Virus record (IMG/VR): IMGVR_UViG_3300014491_000004
Location: 1 to 53,686 of that record
From: a virus
Taxonomy: Duplodnaviria > Caudoviricetes
DNA: 53,686 nt
Reading direction: 5' to 3' (one strand)
Position numbers and translations under genes: made by a program. Below, piece after piece: positions 43,797-52,781 of this stretch. The notes below the pieces were generated by a model. It saw only the letters and a program-made list of their open reading frames with translations, ran no database searches and had not been told where the DNA came from. How positions within the stretch are numbered: position 1 is the first letter of the stretch; each line of letters starts with the position of its first letter.

Positions 43797-45716
43797 TTAA
43801 CTGTATGCAGGGATAAAAACCATATTCCCAAAAGCGGCTAAACGAGGATTAAGATGGAGTTTAGTGCTTGCGTATGGAATGCCAACAATTTCCAGACTAG
43901 CCAGTCGTGTAACTAAAGGTACATAGACTTTCCAATCTGCTGAAGCGGTTACTGAAACTGAAAATACGTAACTAGGAGCTGTGGCGCTGGGATCACGAGC
44001 CTGACCAATAAAACTTCTGGTAATTTCAAAAATAGTCAATCCATCCGCTTCAGTGTTAGTGCGACTATAAATCAAAAGTTCCCGTTTTAACATCTCCGAG
44101 AGATCAGAAGCTGTTTGCATGTCATTTGCTTTAACTTCCAACGTGAAGGAGAGGTTTTCCTTGGAACCAAATACTTCATAAGTCTCTGTTAAAGTTGGAC
44201 TTACTATAATTGCACATTGGTCTCCTACCACTACATTGTCACCTATAGCCAGTCTTAAACCAGGCAATATTAGCTTTCGTTGTCCCCATGCTGTGCCTGT
44301 ATCTGTGGTATTTACATAGTTGTTCCATGTAAAATTGGCTGTAAATTGAGTATCAGATAGTCCAGAAGCCAGTACCGTAACCACGCTTCCGTTCAAAAAT
44401 CGCTCTTTTGTTGCACCCAATAACACCATATCACCAGCTTGAAATGTATTATTCGCTGTTACGGTTAATACATTGTCATAAATCAAAGTAGCTGTTATAG
44501 GGGCGATAGTGGAATTGAAGGGCTGTGGAACCCCTGCGGATGTTTGTTTCACGCCCACAAGCTCTGTATCGTCCGCAGTGGCTACTTGGGCAGCTGTTAT
44601 AGGGTATGTTGTACCATTAGCCCCGGTCTTGGTGTATGTAATACTTAAAGGATTCACTAAAGTCAAACTATTCAATTCCAATTTTTTAGCCACCGCTTTC
44701 TGCTGACCGGAATTAACTCTGACTTCCCAGCGTAGCCAGTCCCCGGGTGTTAGCAGTTGAGGAATAGTAAGTGTGCCATCGGAGTTAACAATTGGATTTG
44801 TGAATGTGCCAGCTGGGGTATGAATAAACACTTGATCCGGAGCTAAAGTTTCAGTGCCTGTCATATTTACTTGCAGAATATTTTCTGGCATTGTACCGGT
44901 GGTATAGTAAGGATTCTGTTTCACTATCATGTTGGCTGTGATTGTAGTCCCGAGCGGATATAGAGACGAGAGAGTAATCCATTGATCCCCTTGAAAATTG
45001 TAATCAATTCCCTGCCGTAACTCGTATCCATTTTGATCCGTAAAGGTTACAGAAATGTAAGGATTGGGAATATTAATAAGTTCATTTCCATCGGTTGTAG
45101 AAGAGACTACAGATACACTTTGAGGATGCTCGTACCAATACTCTGTAAGAGGAGCTAGACGCTGACCGGTGTTTGGACCGCTTATGTAAGTACAAACCAG
45201 AGTTTGAGTAGGATTGAGTAAATAAGCAAATGCTCCTAAACTTTGGTTGAAGCCGGTAAACTGTACCGGAAGAGATGTAGCAGCATCTGACATTGATATT
45301 GTGGTTACATCAATGCCGGGAGCAAAATATACAATAGACCCTTGAGCCTGTTTTAGCTTTCCTTCAATCCATCGATATTTTTGTACCGTGAGCCCCAAAT
45401 CCCTGGTCTGGTCATCAAAAAAATCTACATTGATATAGTAAACACCAGCATCGGGAGTTAGACGAGTTTTATCTGTTTCTCTAGTCCATTCGATGAATTG
45501 CCCATCTTTGTCTCCCACCTTAGCGAGAATGGCTCGACCAATTTGGGTACACATAAAATAATCAGGCGAAAGTCTCGTGCCTGAAGTAGTTATGTTGGTG
45601 AATGTAACTTGAACATCATTCCACGCAATACGTGTATTTGCAACGAATGTCACATTTCCCAAAGTCTGTTTGAATCTGGGATTTTTAGAGACAGCTTCCT
45701 CTATGATCCGCCGCAA
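43797..45716 (-). CDS. Putative tail completion/terminator or neck-associated structural protein (start uncertain; frame open upstream through IVDLSGANLVNY)
   Basis: 639+ aa, beta-rich, upstream of the sheath. The C-terminal SFTLEVKAND...DLSE.L resembles tail-terminator folds. Confidence 0.55.
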   Translation of the reverse strand: MRRIIEEAVSKNPRFKQTLGNVTFVANTRIAWNDVQVTFTNITTSGTRLSPDYFMCTQIGRAILAKVGDKDGQFIEWTRETDKTRLTPDAGVYYINVDFFDDQTRDLGLTVQKYRWIEGKLKQAQGSIVYFAPGIDVTTISMSDAATSLPVQFTGFNQSLGAFAYLLNPTQTLVCTYISGPNTGQRLAPLTEYWYEHPQSVSVVSSTTDGNELINIPNPYISVTFTDQNGYELRQGIDYNFQGDQWITLSSLYPLGTTITANMIVKQNPYYTTGTMPENILQVNMTGTETLAPDQVFIHTPAGTFTNPIVNSDGTLTIPQLLTPGDWLRWEVRVNSGQQKAVAKKLELNSLTLVNPLSITYTKTGANGTTYPITAAQVATADDTELVGVKQTSAGVPQPFNSTIAPITATLIYDNVLTVTANNTFQAGDMVLLGATKERFLNGSVVTVLASGLSDTQFTANFTWNNYVNTTDTGTAWGQRKLILPGLRLAIGDNVVVGDQCAIIVSPTLTETYEVFGSKENLSFTLEVKANDMQTASDLSEMLKRELLIYSRTNTEADGLTIFEITRSFIGQARDPSATAPSYVFSVSVTASADWKVYVPLVTRLASLEIVGIPYASTKLHLNPRLAAFGNMVFIPAYS

Positions 45717-45744
45717 ATAATTTACAAGATTGGCCCCCGATAAA

Positions 45745-45933
45745 TCAACTATATGAAAACAAAGGACTTAATCCTTTGACCCCCTTTTTACGAGCCCAGT
45801 ACAGGCTTCTAGCTATACGCATACGCTCTGATTCAGGTGAATGTTTTCGGCCGAGGCCATGACCTTTTTTCGCCTGACTAATATGGGCACAGTGTGCTTC
45901 ACTACAGGTGTTTGTCTGACAATAAACTATCAT
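45745..45933 (-). pseudogene. Degenerate NUMOD3-type endonuclease remnant
   Basis: SEAHCAHISQAKKG..GRKHSPE...R...SLYWARKK motifs with no nuclease domain. Confidence 0.55.
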
Positions 45934-45948
45934 CGTGATTTATGACCT

Positions 45949-46467
45949 TTACCACCCGCTAGGTACATATGATTTGCTACTACCCGTAGACAATTCGTCT
46001 CCAGCTCCGTAGGTTTCTGGACCGTCTACAATCTTTACACGTAAAGCAGAATAATCAACTCCAGGAGGGGGAGGTGGAATAAACTGTTGTATGGGTTCAA
46101 CATATTGCTCTATAGATCTTCGAACATCATATACAGATACTTGGGCGTTAATCCGCGGGTACCATACATTAGTAATCTGCACCATTCCTTGCCAAGGATA
46201 ATCTTCAATCATCCACTGACTTCCATCATGTGATTGAAACTTAGCTCCAGGAATAAGATAGGCGAAAAATATCTCATCTCCTTCAACAGGTGAAAGAGGG
46301 TTAGGAAGAAGAGTACCTCGGGGATTGGGGGCGAACTGAGCGAAAGTTGAAATTCTCGCATCATCCGGGTCCCCTACAATTTTCTGAAGTTCTGGGTCAG
46401 AATTCGGCCTATCCGATTCGTCCAATATACGAGCTGTTTTTGCTAACTCTGCTGCGTCAAATGTCAT
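45949..46467 (-). CDS. Hypothetical virion protein
   Basis: 172 aa with a GAGGT SD, the late-type motif upstream and an N-terminal KTA site. Confidence 0.6.
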   Translation of the reverse strand: MTFDAAELAKTARILDESDRPNSDPELQKIVGDPDDARISTFAQFAPNPRGTLLPNPLSPVEGDEIFFAYLIPGAKFQSHDGSQWMIEDYPWQGMVQITNVWYPRINAQVSVYDVRRSIEQYVEPIQQFIPPPPPGVDYSALRVKIVDGPETYGAGDELSTGSSKSYVPSGW

Positions 46468-46522
46468 GAGAATGTACCTCTACAATGTTTACAATAGTTA
46501 TTTTTAATGGTATTATGGGAAA

Positions 46523-46723
46523 ATGACTGTAAAGGAACGCTGGGAAAAAGGAATTCCACACGATCCACGAAGTGAGGAAATTTATCGCAATATTGCTGCT
46601 ATTGACTTTACACAAAATAATGATTATTTTTGCTTTAAATCAGGCGGAGATGGAGATAATGGTGAGGCGCTAATGTATCTTCTAGATATTTACTTCGAAG
46701 AGGATCTTGCCGATTTACCGTAG
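46523..46723 (+). CDS. Small hypothetical phage protein
   Basis: TGGTATTAT extended -10 just upstream. Conserved-looking FKSGGDGDNGE.LMYLLDIYFE. Confidence 0.65.
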   Translation: MTVKERWEKGIPHDPRSEEIYRNIAAIDFTQNNDYFCFKSGGDGDNGEALMYLLDIYFEEDLADLP

Positions 46724-46749
46724 TTACTTTTTGGTGTAAAATCAGGGAG

Positions 46750-47100
46750 ATGAGACCTAAACGAGATTACACCTGCAAAGACTGCCGTCAAGAACACGAC
46801 ACCTTCATAGTGTTCGACTCAGTCTGGGCGGCCGCTAAACTGTTTCCCAGAGAGTTCTGCTGTCGAGCGTGCCTTGAGAAAAGGATCGCCCGACCGTTGA
46901 CCTTGGATGACTACACCTTTTGCCCAGCGAACTTCAACACCGTAGAGGGGTTTGACACCGAGAACAACTACCGCAAACTGTACGCCAAGGACGGCTTGGA
47001 CTACGACAAAGCCAAGGCGGAGTACTTTGAGCGGTGCGTCCGGCTCGGCGTGGAACCGCGCTGGAGCGTGTCAGTGCCCATGAAAGACTACTTGATTTAA
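46750..47100 (+). CDS. Hypothetical Zn-binding phage protein
   Basis: CKDC...V.D.VW...C..CLE.RI.R.L...D. GGGAG SD, GC-rich. Confidence 0.65.
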   Translation: MRPKRDYTCKDCRQEHDTFIVFDSVWAAAKLFPREFCCRACLEKRIARPLTLDDYTFCPANFNTVEGFDTENNYRKLYAKDGLDYDKAKAEYFERCVRLGVEPRWSVSVPMKDYLI

Positions 47101-47161
47101 TGTCTGTGCGTTCTCATAAAAGCGGAGTCGCCATTTCTGAGAAAGTCGAAAAGTTTAGGAG

Positions 47162-48448
47162 TCAGGAAGTTATCTTGCCAAATTCCACTGTGCGACCGAT
47201 AGGAATATTCACGTTCTCAAAATCTTTATTTGGAACTGTGCGTGGATCAAATACTGGCTCACCCCCGCCTTTTCCATCCAGCGGATCGGGGCGAACCACA
47301 GGATTAAATATCGTAGGTAGCCCCGTATTCACCACGGGAATTAAATAACGAGTATCCCCAGGCGACAGCAAAGATACGGTGAAATCTTGCTGAAGAATAA
47401 TACCTCGCGGCATTTTGTAAACCACATTGCTGATTGTCATGCGATCCCCATTGCGCCGTATGATTAAATCACCGTTCTGCACGATTGGGGTACGAGTCAA
47501 ATAACTACGAGAGTCTCTGGTGGTTTTGATACCACCTTCAGTAATCTCACGCATCAAAGCGGAATCCGGAGGTACAAAAAGAAAATCATACGGACCTATG
47601 TATCCGCCTACAAACCCTGTTTCAAAACAAACCCTACATCCTGTTTTTGGTTGTTGACTGCCGTACACACAGCCGCAAGCAGTGCCTCGCCATTTGCGAA
47701 ACATAAGATAAGCTGGTTCCCCAGTTGTTTCAAATAAATATTGATTACGCCGTACCATTTCCTCAAACACCCAATCAATCTGATCTACCTCTTGAGTATT
47801 TTTTATCATTGACCCGTGATCCCCAGGTGCATGTAACTCTCCTTTTGCACTCACCGGTACTACTGTATAATAAACACGATTTAAAGCGGTATAAATATCT
47901 ACATAATTAATGAGTTTATTGTAAGTTACTTGCCAAAGAGTTATGCCAGCGTAATTAGCATGGTTGACATCATCTGTATCAACCAAAGCTGTATCACTCA
48001 CAGCTCCCCCTTCCGCTAAGGTGTTGTCCATTTCCATGTAAATTGAACGATCAAACCCCTCAACTTTTATGGGGCGAAATGTTTGTCCATCCACACCTAC
48101 ATTGCCGCTTACACTTACAGTAACGCTCACATCATCCGGACTATTGCTTATGACAGCTCTACCAGCTTGTACTGTAGCATATGGAATATCTGGTATCCTA
48201 AAAGCCCAACGTCCCAATTCTCCTTGTTCAATAAAATCATCAGGTTTGAGAGTGTATGTGACTTGTTGAAGAGATGTCATATCTCGATAGAAATTACCTG
48301 CCCAACTCTGTTGAATACATTCCCAGTTAGACGGGTGTTCGTAAGCACGATAAATGTTGTAACCCTTAACAGCTTCAGGATCATGAGCCCACCACAAATC
48401 ATGGGATCCTACATAACTGCTGTTCAAAACTAGTAAGTTGGTAATCAT
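47162..48448 (-). CDS. Neck/head-closure protein
   Basis: GE...L.RKW.G..C.C.......C..CF.TGFVGGY plus PI...GDLI......R..I..V, the pattern of large-myophage neck proteins. Confidence 0.65.
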   Translation of the reverse strand: MITNLLVLNSSYVGSHDLWWAHDPEAVKGYNIYRAYEHPSNWECIQQSWAGNFYRDMTSLQQVTYTLKPDDFIEQGELGRWAFRIPDIPYATVQAGRAVISNSPDDVSVTVSVSGNVGVDGQTFRPIKVEGFDRSIYMEMDNTLAEGGAVSDTALVDTDDVNHANYAGITLWQVTYNKLINYVDIYTALNRVYYTVVPVSAKGELHAPGDHGSMIKNTQEVDQIDWVFEEMVRRNQYLFETTGEPAYLMFRKWRGTACGCVYGSQQPKTGCRVCFETGFVGGYIGPYDFLFVPPDSALMREITEGGIKTTRDSRSYLTRTPIVQNGDLIIRRNGDRMTISNVVYKMPRGIILQQDFTVSLLSPGDTRYLIPVVNTGLPTIFNPVVRPDPLDGKGGGEPVFDPRTVPNKDFENVNIPIGRTVEFGKITS

Positions 48449-48522
48449 CTATTAAAGGGAAAGAATAGCGTTTTTTGTTTTCCGGTCTTATTTGGTTTCA
48501 TTTCTTCTGAATAATGAAATAG

Positions 48523-48627
48523 CTAGTCGGCGGAGTGGTGACAAAACGCGCAGAATGGATTTGTTCGCCCACGGTTGACATGCCAGCGAGTGTGTATCGC
48601 CTTAGCGTAGCTGCCGTTCTGTACGCT
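48523..48627 (-). pseudogene. Orphan C-terminal Zn motif, probably from a deleted homing endonuclease
   Basis: A start-less frame reads SVQNGSYAKAIHTRWHVNRGRTNPFCAFCHHSAD*, behind a CAGTATT box like those upstream of the intact endonuclease genes. Confidence 0.55.
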
Positions 48628-48665
48628 GATTCTATCTAATACTGAGAAGTCAAATTTCTACACGG

Positions 48666-49619
48666 CTAACCGAGGAGCCAACGAGATTGTCTCAATCCGG
48701 CTGAATAGGGTCTATTAGCTGTAACTAATGGAGCCATGGTGTTAAATTGAGTCAAGTAGGTTCCTGCTAAAGATTGGTACAAAGCTGATTTATTTATATC
48801 TAGCGAAACCCCGTTAAGACTGTAAGAAAATTCGTCCGCGGCCCATCGAGCTGACTCACCAGAAAGACAAAAAGCGGCTGCTCCCATTGCCGCTATATTT
48901 CCCCAGTCCCGAGGAATTGTATCCATGGTCCAATTAAAATAATTCATGGGATTATAAAGATTTAGCTGTGAAATAGACATACTCAAATTTACCAAAATAG
49001 TTGTATCCAGCCATATAAATCCCACTCTAGTTGTATAATTCGCCACAACTTTTCCGGGGGTTGGAGGACGAAAATGATAATTTCTATCAGGATTAACATC
49101 GGAAATTAATTCTCGAACCACTCGAATTGCCTGCGCATACATAGCTGGGGAAGTCTGAGCACTGGCGATACCCAACTGCTTACCAATAATCATAGAAGGT
49201 GCTTCGAAAGCAGGATCTGTTGGATCCACAGTTTGCACAATAAAATCCATGTGAACATAGTTCTGGGGGCAGCTTGCTGCATATTGTTGAAACTGCCATA
49301 CGATCTTATAAATTCCCTTCCAAGCGGTAGGAATGGTCACTACAGCCGCATAGGTGCCCAAAGAGAGACGTTTAGGGGTCTGCTGGGGCTGGCTGACTAA
49401 GGTAGAGCTTTCAGGTGGGAGAGGTGGCCCACCTTGCATGTTTTCTGGTTGGTGCATATCATATTCATATGCTACCGTGGGGGATGTTGGTAATATATCG
49501 CGGAGTTTGTATATGGTGTAACTAATAGAAACGGGGTCAATTAGGTTACCGCTGGCGTCTCGAATCAAAATAGCCAAATCAGCGGAACCGGTTATTTGCC
49601 CCTGCGTAAGAACGATCAT
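48666..49619 (-). CDS. Head-tail adaptor/neck protein
   Basis: N-terminal Ig-like part and C-terminal W.D..I...L......N..P...FSYSLNGVSLDINKS..Y pattern. GAGG SD before MIVLTQG. Confidence 0.65.
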   Translation of the reverse strand: MIVLTQGQITGSADLAILIRDASGNLIDPVSISYTIYKLRDILPTSPTVAYEYDMHQPENMQGGPPLPPESSTLVSQPQQTPKRLSLGTYAAVVTIPTAWKGIYKIVWQFQQYAASCPQNYVHMDFIVQTVDPTDPAFEAPSMIIGKQLGIASAQTSPAMYAQAIRVVRELISDVNPDRNYHFRPPTPGKVVANYTTRVGFIWLDTTILVNLSMSISQLNLYNPMNYFNWTMDTIPRDWGNIAAMGAAAFCLSGESARWAADEFSYSLNGVSLDINKSALYQSLAGTYLTQFNTMAPLVTANRPYSAGLRQSRWLLG

Positions 49620-49753
49620 GAAAATCCTCTCTATCAAGGATTCCCATAAAGGACTTATTTTTCATCGCTCAAACTCTTCGTGCAAGCCAAACAATTAAAA
49701 GTATAACTAAAATCGTTCCGAATAAACCTAACATAATTTCTCCTATTTCAACT

Positions 49754-49963
49754 TTACCCAACTAACCATTTCCAGAATCCTAGTTTTTTACTTGGTTTAG
49801 ACTCAGGGGTTGGATAAATACTCTCGTCATACACTGAAAGAGGATAGTCAGTTTTTACTGAATCTGGCACTGGTATTTCTGGCATTGATATTTCTGGTTT
49901 TACAACCTTCGGAGCTGAAGTTACTTTTTTAGTGCGTTTTTTAGACTTATTTTTTTTACTCAT
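49754..49963 (-). CDS. Small basic hypothetical protein with amphipathic C-terminus
   Basis: GAGGT SD before MSKKNK, ending LGFWKWLVG. Confidence 0.55.
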   Translation of the reverse strand: MSKKNKSKKRTKKVTSAPKVVKPEISMPEIPVPDSVKTDYPLSVYDESIYPTPESKPSKKLGFWKWLVG

Positions 49964-50045
49964 ATCAACCTCTAATCTAGAAATGGATAGTTGAAAGGTT
50001 TTGACAGCGACACCATCAACTTTCTTGCCCTGGATCATCCAGAAG

Positions 50046-50210
50046 TCAGTAAGTATCTGTGTTTATGCGGGTTTCCCCGATGAAAACATCGTAGAATCGG
50101 AAGCCACAAAGTGAGCAGAACTTCGAATTCCAGCGGGTGTCCTTCGTCTCGATAGGCGTCATGATCTTATGGCAAAAGTCGCACTGGTAAGCGTTCGGGA
50201 CTTCAGGCAT
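50046..50210 (-). CDS. Small Zn-finger protein
   Basis: CDFC...CSLC, with an AAGGGG SD before MPEVPN. Confidence 0.55.
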   Translation of the reverse strand: MPEVPNAYQCDFCHKIMTPIETKDTRWNSKFCSLCGFRFYDVFIGETRINTDTY

Positions 50211-50454
50211 TGTGTTTCCCCTTACCACAGTACACTTCGATGGACGTTTCTTTGGATGCGGCGATCAAAATTTCCTCCGCCCACAAACCGTATTCCCCGC
50301 CCAGACCTTCGGCTACTTCGTCAGCGAGACATTTGATGCAGATTTGATCGCGTTTCTTCATTATGGGGATCAGATTTTTTTTGAATCGTCCCCGCAAAGG
50401 TCCGTAACCTAAACAGGCTGCTAGCCTGCGCCATTGTTCCGCTGTCCATTCCAT
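50203..50454 (-). CDS. Hypothetical protein (MEWTAEQW...)
   Basis: GGGAGGG SD before the ATG at 50454. It overlaps its neighbours in a coupled fashion. Confidence 0.55.
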   Translation of the reverse strand: MEWTAEQWRRLAACLGYGPLRGRFKKNLIPIMKKRDQICIKCLADEVAEGLGGEYGLWAEEILIAASKETSIEVYCGKGKHNA

Positions 50455-50867
50455 TGACCCTCCCTTGCATAGTTCTTTCGCACGATGCCCGCCAGCTTTG
50501 CAAATGCTATAAAGCTTGTGCTGTACGGCAATGCGATTCCCATTTCGGCGTACATGCCGATGAGAATTTTCGCCCAGTGCTCGCAGTGTCCGCCCGTCCA
50601 GCCAGAACAGCATAAGTCCACGAAAGTATTGTCCGTGAGATGTCTAAACGCCCTGACATAAGCGCGATGATGGGCAGCTTCGTGGAGAATGAGGTGTACT
50701 GGTACTTTAAAATCCACTTCTGGATTGATAGTGATCACACAGGTGTCATCGTCGTCGAATCTGTGCTGTGCTACTTTGACATCAGTAGAGAAATTCAGTT
50801 CGCACGGGAGATGCAACCTCTGCATCAGATCGGCATGCAGTTCTGTCCACTCTTTAATCGTTGGCAT
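50421..50867 (-). CDS. SprT-like HExxH zinc metallopeptidase domain protein
   Basis: ILHEAAH...GGH..HW, with a GAGGAG SD. Confidence 0.65.
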   Translation of the reverse strand: MPTIKEWTELHADLMQRLHLPCELNFSTDVKVAQHRFDDDDTCVITINPEVDFKVPVHLILHEAAHHRAYVRAFRHLTDNTFVDLCCSGWTGGHCEHWAKILIGMYAEMGIALPYSTSFIAFAKLAGIVRKNYAREGQWNGQRNNGAG

Positions 50868-50908
50868 GGACTGTCTCCTCTTTAATCGTTGGCATGGACT
50901 GTCTCCTC
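50850..50908. repeat. 28-bp tandem duplication covering SD, start codon and first codons
   Basis: tttaatcgttggcatggactgtctcctc occurs twice, at 50853 and 50881. Confidence 0.95.
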
Positions 50909-51490
50909 CGTCCCTGCGTTCACCCGCACATCACCAAATGTTCCGGTTTCTCCCGCGTATCGTGGTTTCGTCATTAACGATTCCACTTTGGCTGTAGCGG
51001 CTTGAACGATTTCTGGCAGATTATGCGGACTCAGAGCCAGCATCGTTATGAGCACATCCGCCGACTCATCGAGTGTGTCTCCCCGTTTTCCCCGAACCGC
51101 TTCCGCAAGTTCCGCAGACTCCAGATGCAGGTACGCGCTTCGATGTATCCAATGGGTTGACCACTCTCGATGCTTCATCATTTCCAGAATCCGAGTTCTT
51201 AAACACTGGCTCACTGTCTCACTCCTCCGCAAATCTGGGGTATCCCCTGCGCTCACCCGCTGATTCCATTCGCTTACAGCCGTGTCGATTGTCTTGTTGG
51301 CGATTTGCTGCACTTCGCATGACCCGCAGTGTACGAAGAAATCATCCTCTTCGCCTAAGTCGTCCAAGATCGGAGCGCCGCCGCAAAATGGGCACGGCAG
51401 TAGCGTTTTCTCAGCCGCGCAAACCTGACACGGGCCATCCGTATAGTTAGGCTTGTCGCACGTATGGTTATTTTTCACTGTCTCACTCAT
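50882..51490 (-). CDS. Fusion of a Lar-like (restriction alleviation) Zn domain and a MazG-like NTP pyrophosphohydrolase
   Basis: LLPCPFCGG...V.C..C...AV.EWN.R followed by ESAELAEAV......DESADVLI. Confidence 0.7.
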   Translation of the reverse strand: MSETVKNNHTCDKPNYTDGPCQVCAAEKTLLPCPFCGGAPILDDLGEEDDFFVHCGSCEVQQIANKTIDTAVSEWNQRVSAGDTPDLRRSETVSQCLRTRILEMMKHREWSTHWIHRSAYLHLESAELAEAVRGKRGDTLDESADVLITMLALSPHNLPEIVQAATAKVESLMTKPRYAGETGTFGDVRVNAGTEETVHAND

Positions 51491-51512
51491 CCGTCCCTGC
51501 GCTCAGCCGCTC

Positions 51513-52307
51513 TCACAGTTTTTTCCACTCTTTTCCGATTTGTTCTGTTTCATAAGTACAAGAGGGTTGATATTCTTTTCTAAAATCTTCTGGTAATTCT
51601 AACATAAGTGACCAGGCGACACAACAATATCCCAATAAATCTACAACTGAATCTTCCATTCTTTCAAATTTAGCGGTACGATTATCAGCCTTGAGCTGTG
51701 CATAGCGAGCGATTTTATCCCATAATCTAGGAACTAGTCCAGGCAAGCCATGACGACGAAAACTTTCTCCATAATCCTGCGCTTTTTCGTGAAGCAATTC
51801 ACATACTTTTTTAACCCGCCAGCGCACTAAGTCATCCAATTCTCCGCTGAGAAGTTTAGCTTTTGATATCTTCTTACCAACTATTTGCCCTTCTTCCATG
51901 AGTACTAGTACCGCCGACATATACACCAAGAAATGCAGACCTTGATCCGTGAGATGTAAAAACATCGGTGCCCATTTTTTTATAGGTTCTTTGCGATTAT
52001 GCTCTATCAGACCCTCAAGAATTAAAAATCTGTACACCCATTGAAGTGCAATATTTTCGAGTGTTATCTCTATATCGTCTGAAATATAGGGTAGAATGAT
52101 TCCTTTGAATGGACTAGCTTCAACTAACTCTCCAGCAATATAGCCTTGACCAGTAAGGTAAGTTAATTGATCCGATTCTTGGAAGAGAGAAAGCGCATCT
52201 AAACTGTTTATTCTTGACGGAAGAGAATCAATAACTAGTTTCCAGTTATCCCCTCGTACCATTAAACTTTTGCGTATTTCCAACCAAAATCCCAAAGAAG
52301 TGTGCAT
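51513..52307 (-). CDS. DUF1599/nucleotide-modification-associated (MazG-superfamily) domain protein
   Basis: C-terminal K..DYG.SF...G..G...RL.DK..R...L......E...D...DL.GY. Confidence 0.7.
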   Translation of the reverse strand: MHTSLGFWLEIRKSLMVRGDNWKLVIDSLPSRINSLDALSLFQESDQLTYLTGQGYIAGELVEASPFKGIILPYISDDIEITLENIALQWVYRFLILEGLIEHNRKEPIKKWAPMFLHLTDQGLHFLVYMSAVLVLMEEGQIVGKKISKAKLLSGELDDLVRWRVKKVCELLHEKAQDYGESFRRHGLPGLVPRLWDKIARYAQLKADNRTAKFERMEDSVVDLLGYCCVAWSLMLELPEDFRKEYQPSCTYETEQIGKEWKKL

Positions 52308-52313
52308 ATTTGT

Positions 52314-52607
52314 TTAATCCTCCGAAACAATAAAATCACCGCCAAAAAAATCTATCCATTCTTTTAATGCTCGCTCTCTATCCTCGATATATTGTAAAGT
52401 GTAGGACTCTTTCTTTGTGGATTTTTTGGGATTATCTTTCAAATCTTCATCCAAAGCTGTGCAATATTTTTGCCATGCTTTGTTCATTGAGGTTGTGTAT
52501 TTGCGGTTCGCTACTTCAAACACTTTATCTTCTTTAGCTTCCTTCTGTTCTTGTGTTTCTTGAGGGATAACTGCTATGACAGCATTAGTCTTAAGTTTCT
52601 TAGCCAT
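52314..52607 (-). CDS. Hypothetical protein
   Basis: 97-aa ORF in a tightly packed minus-strand run. Confidence 0.6.
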   Translation of the reverse strand: MAKKLKTNAVIAVIPQETQEQKEAKEDKVFEVANRKYTTSMNKAWQKYCTALDEDLKDNPKKSTKKESYTLQYIEDRERALKEWIDFFGGDFIVSED

Positions 52608-52610
52608 TTA

Positions 52611-52781
52611 CTAATTGTCCCATTTATGCCATGTGCCATCAGGGTATTCAATAGCCCACGAAGCGTCATCTTTATTTTCTTCGACAAAAGTCAGGGCTTT
52701 TTTTAAAGTTGGAAACTCTTTGTCAGGAGTTTCTCCAGGACCTTGTCCTTGTGTACACCATACTTTATAATACTCGTTCAT
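52611..52781 (-). CDS. Hypothetical protein, 56 aa, absent from the ORF track (MNEYYKVWCTQG...WHKWDN)
   Basis: Manual translation. ATGA overlap with the upstream frame's stop, and it fills the gap exactly. Confidence 0.65.
   Translation of the reverse strand: MNEYYKVWCTQGQGPGETPDKEFPTLKKALTFVEENKDDASWAIEYPDGTWHKWDN

Noticed and set aside
48480-48640. Intergenic ncRNA (gcgcagaatgg/ccgttctgtacgc pairing)
   Set aside because: Better explained as a decayed coding fragment (HTRWHVNRG..P.C..C), and the pairing is limited.
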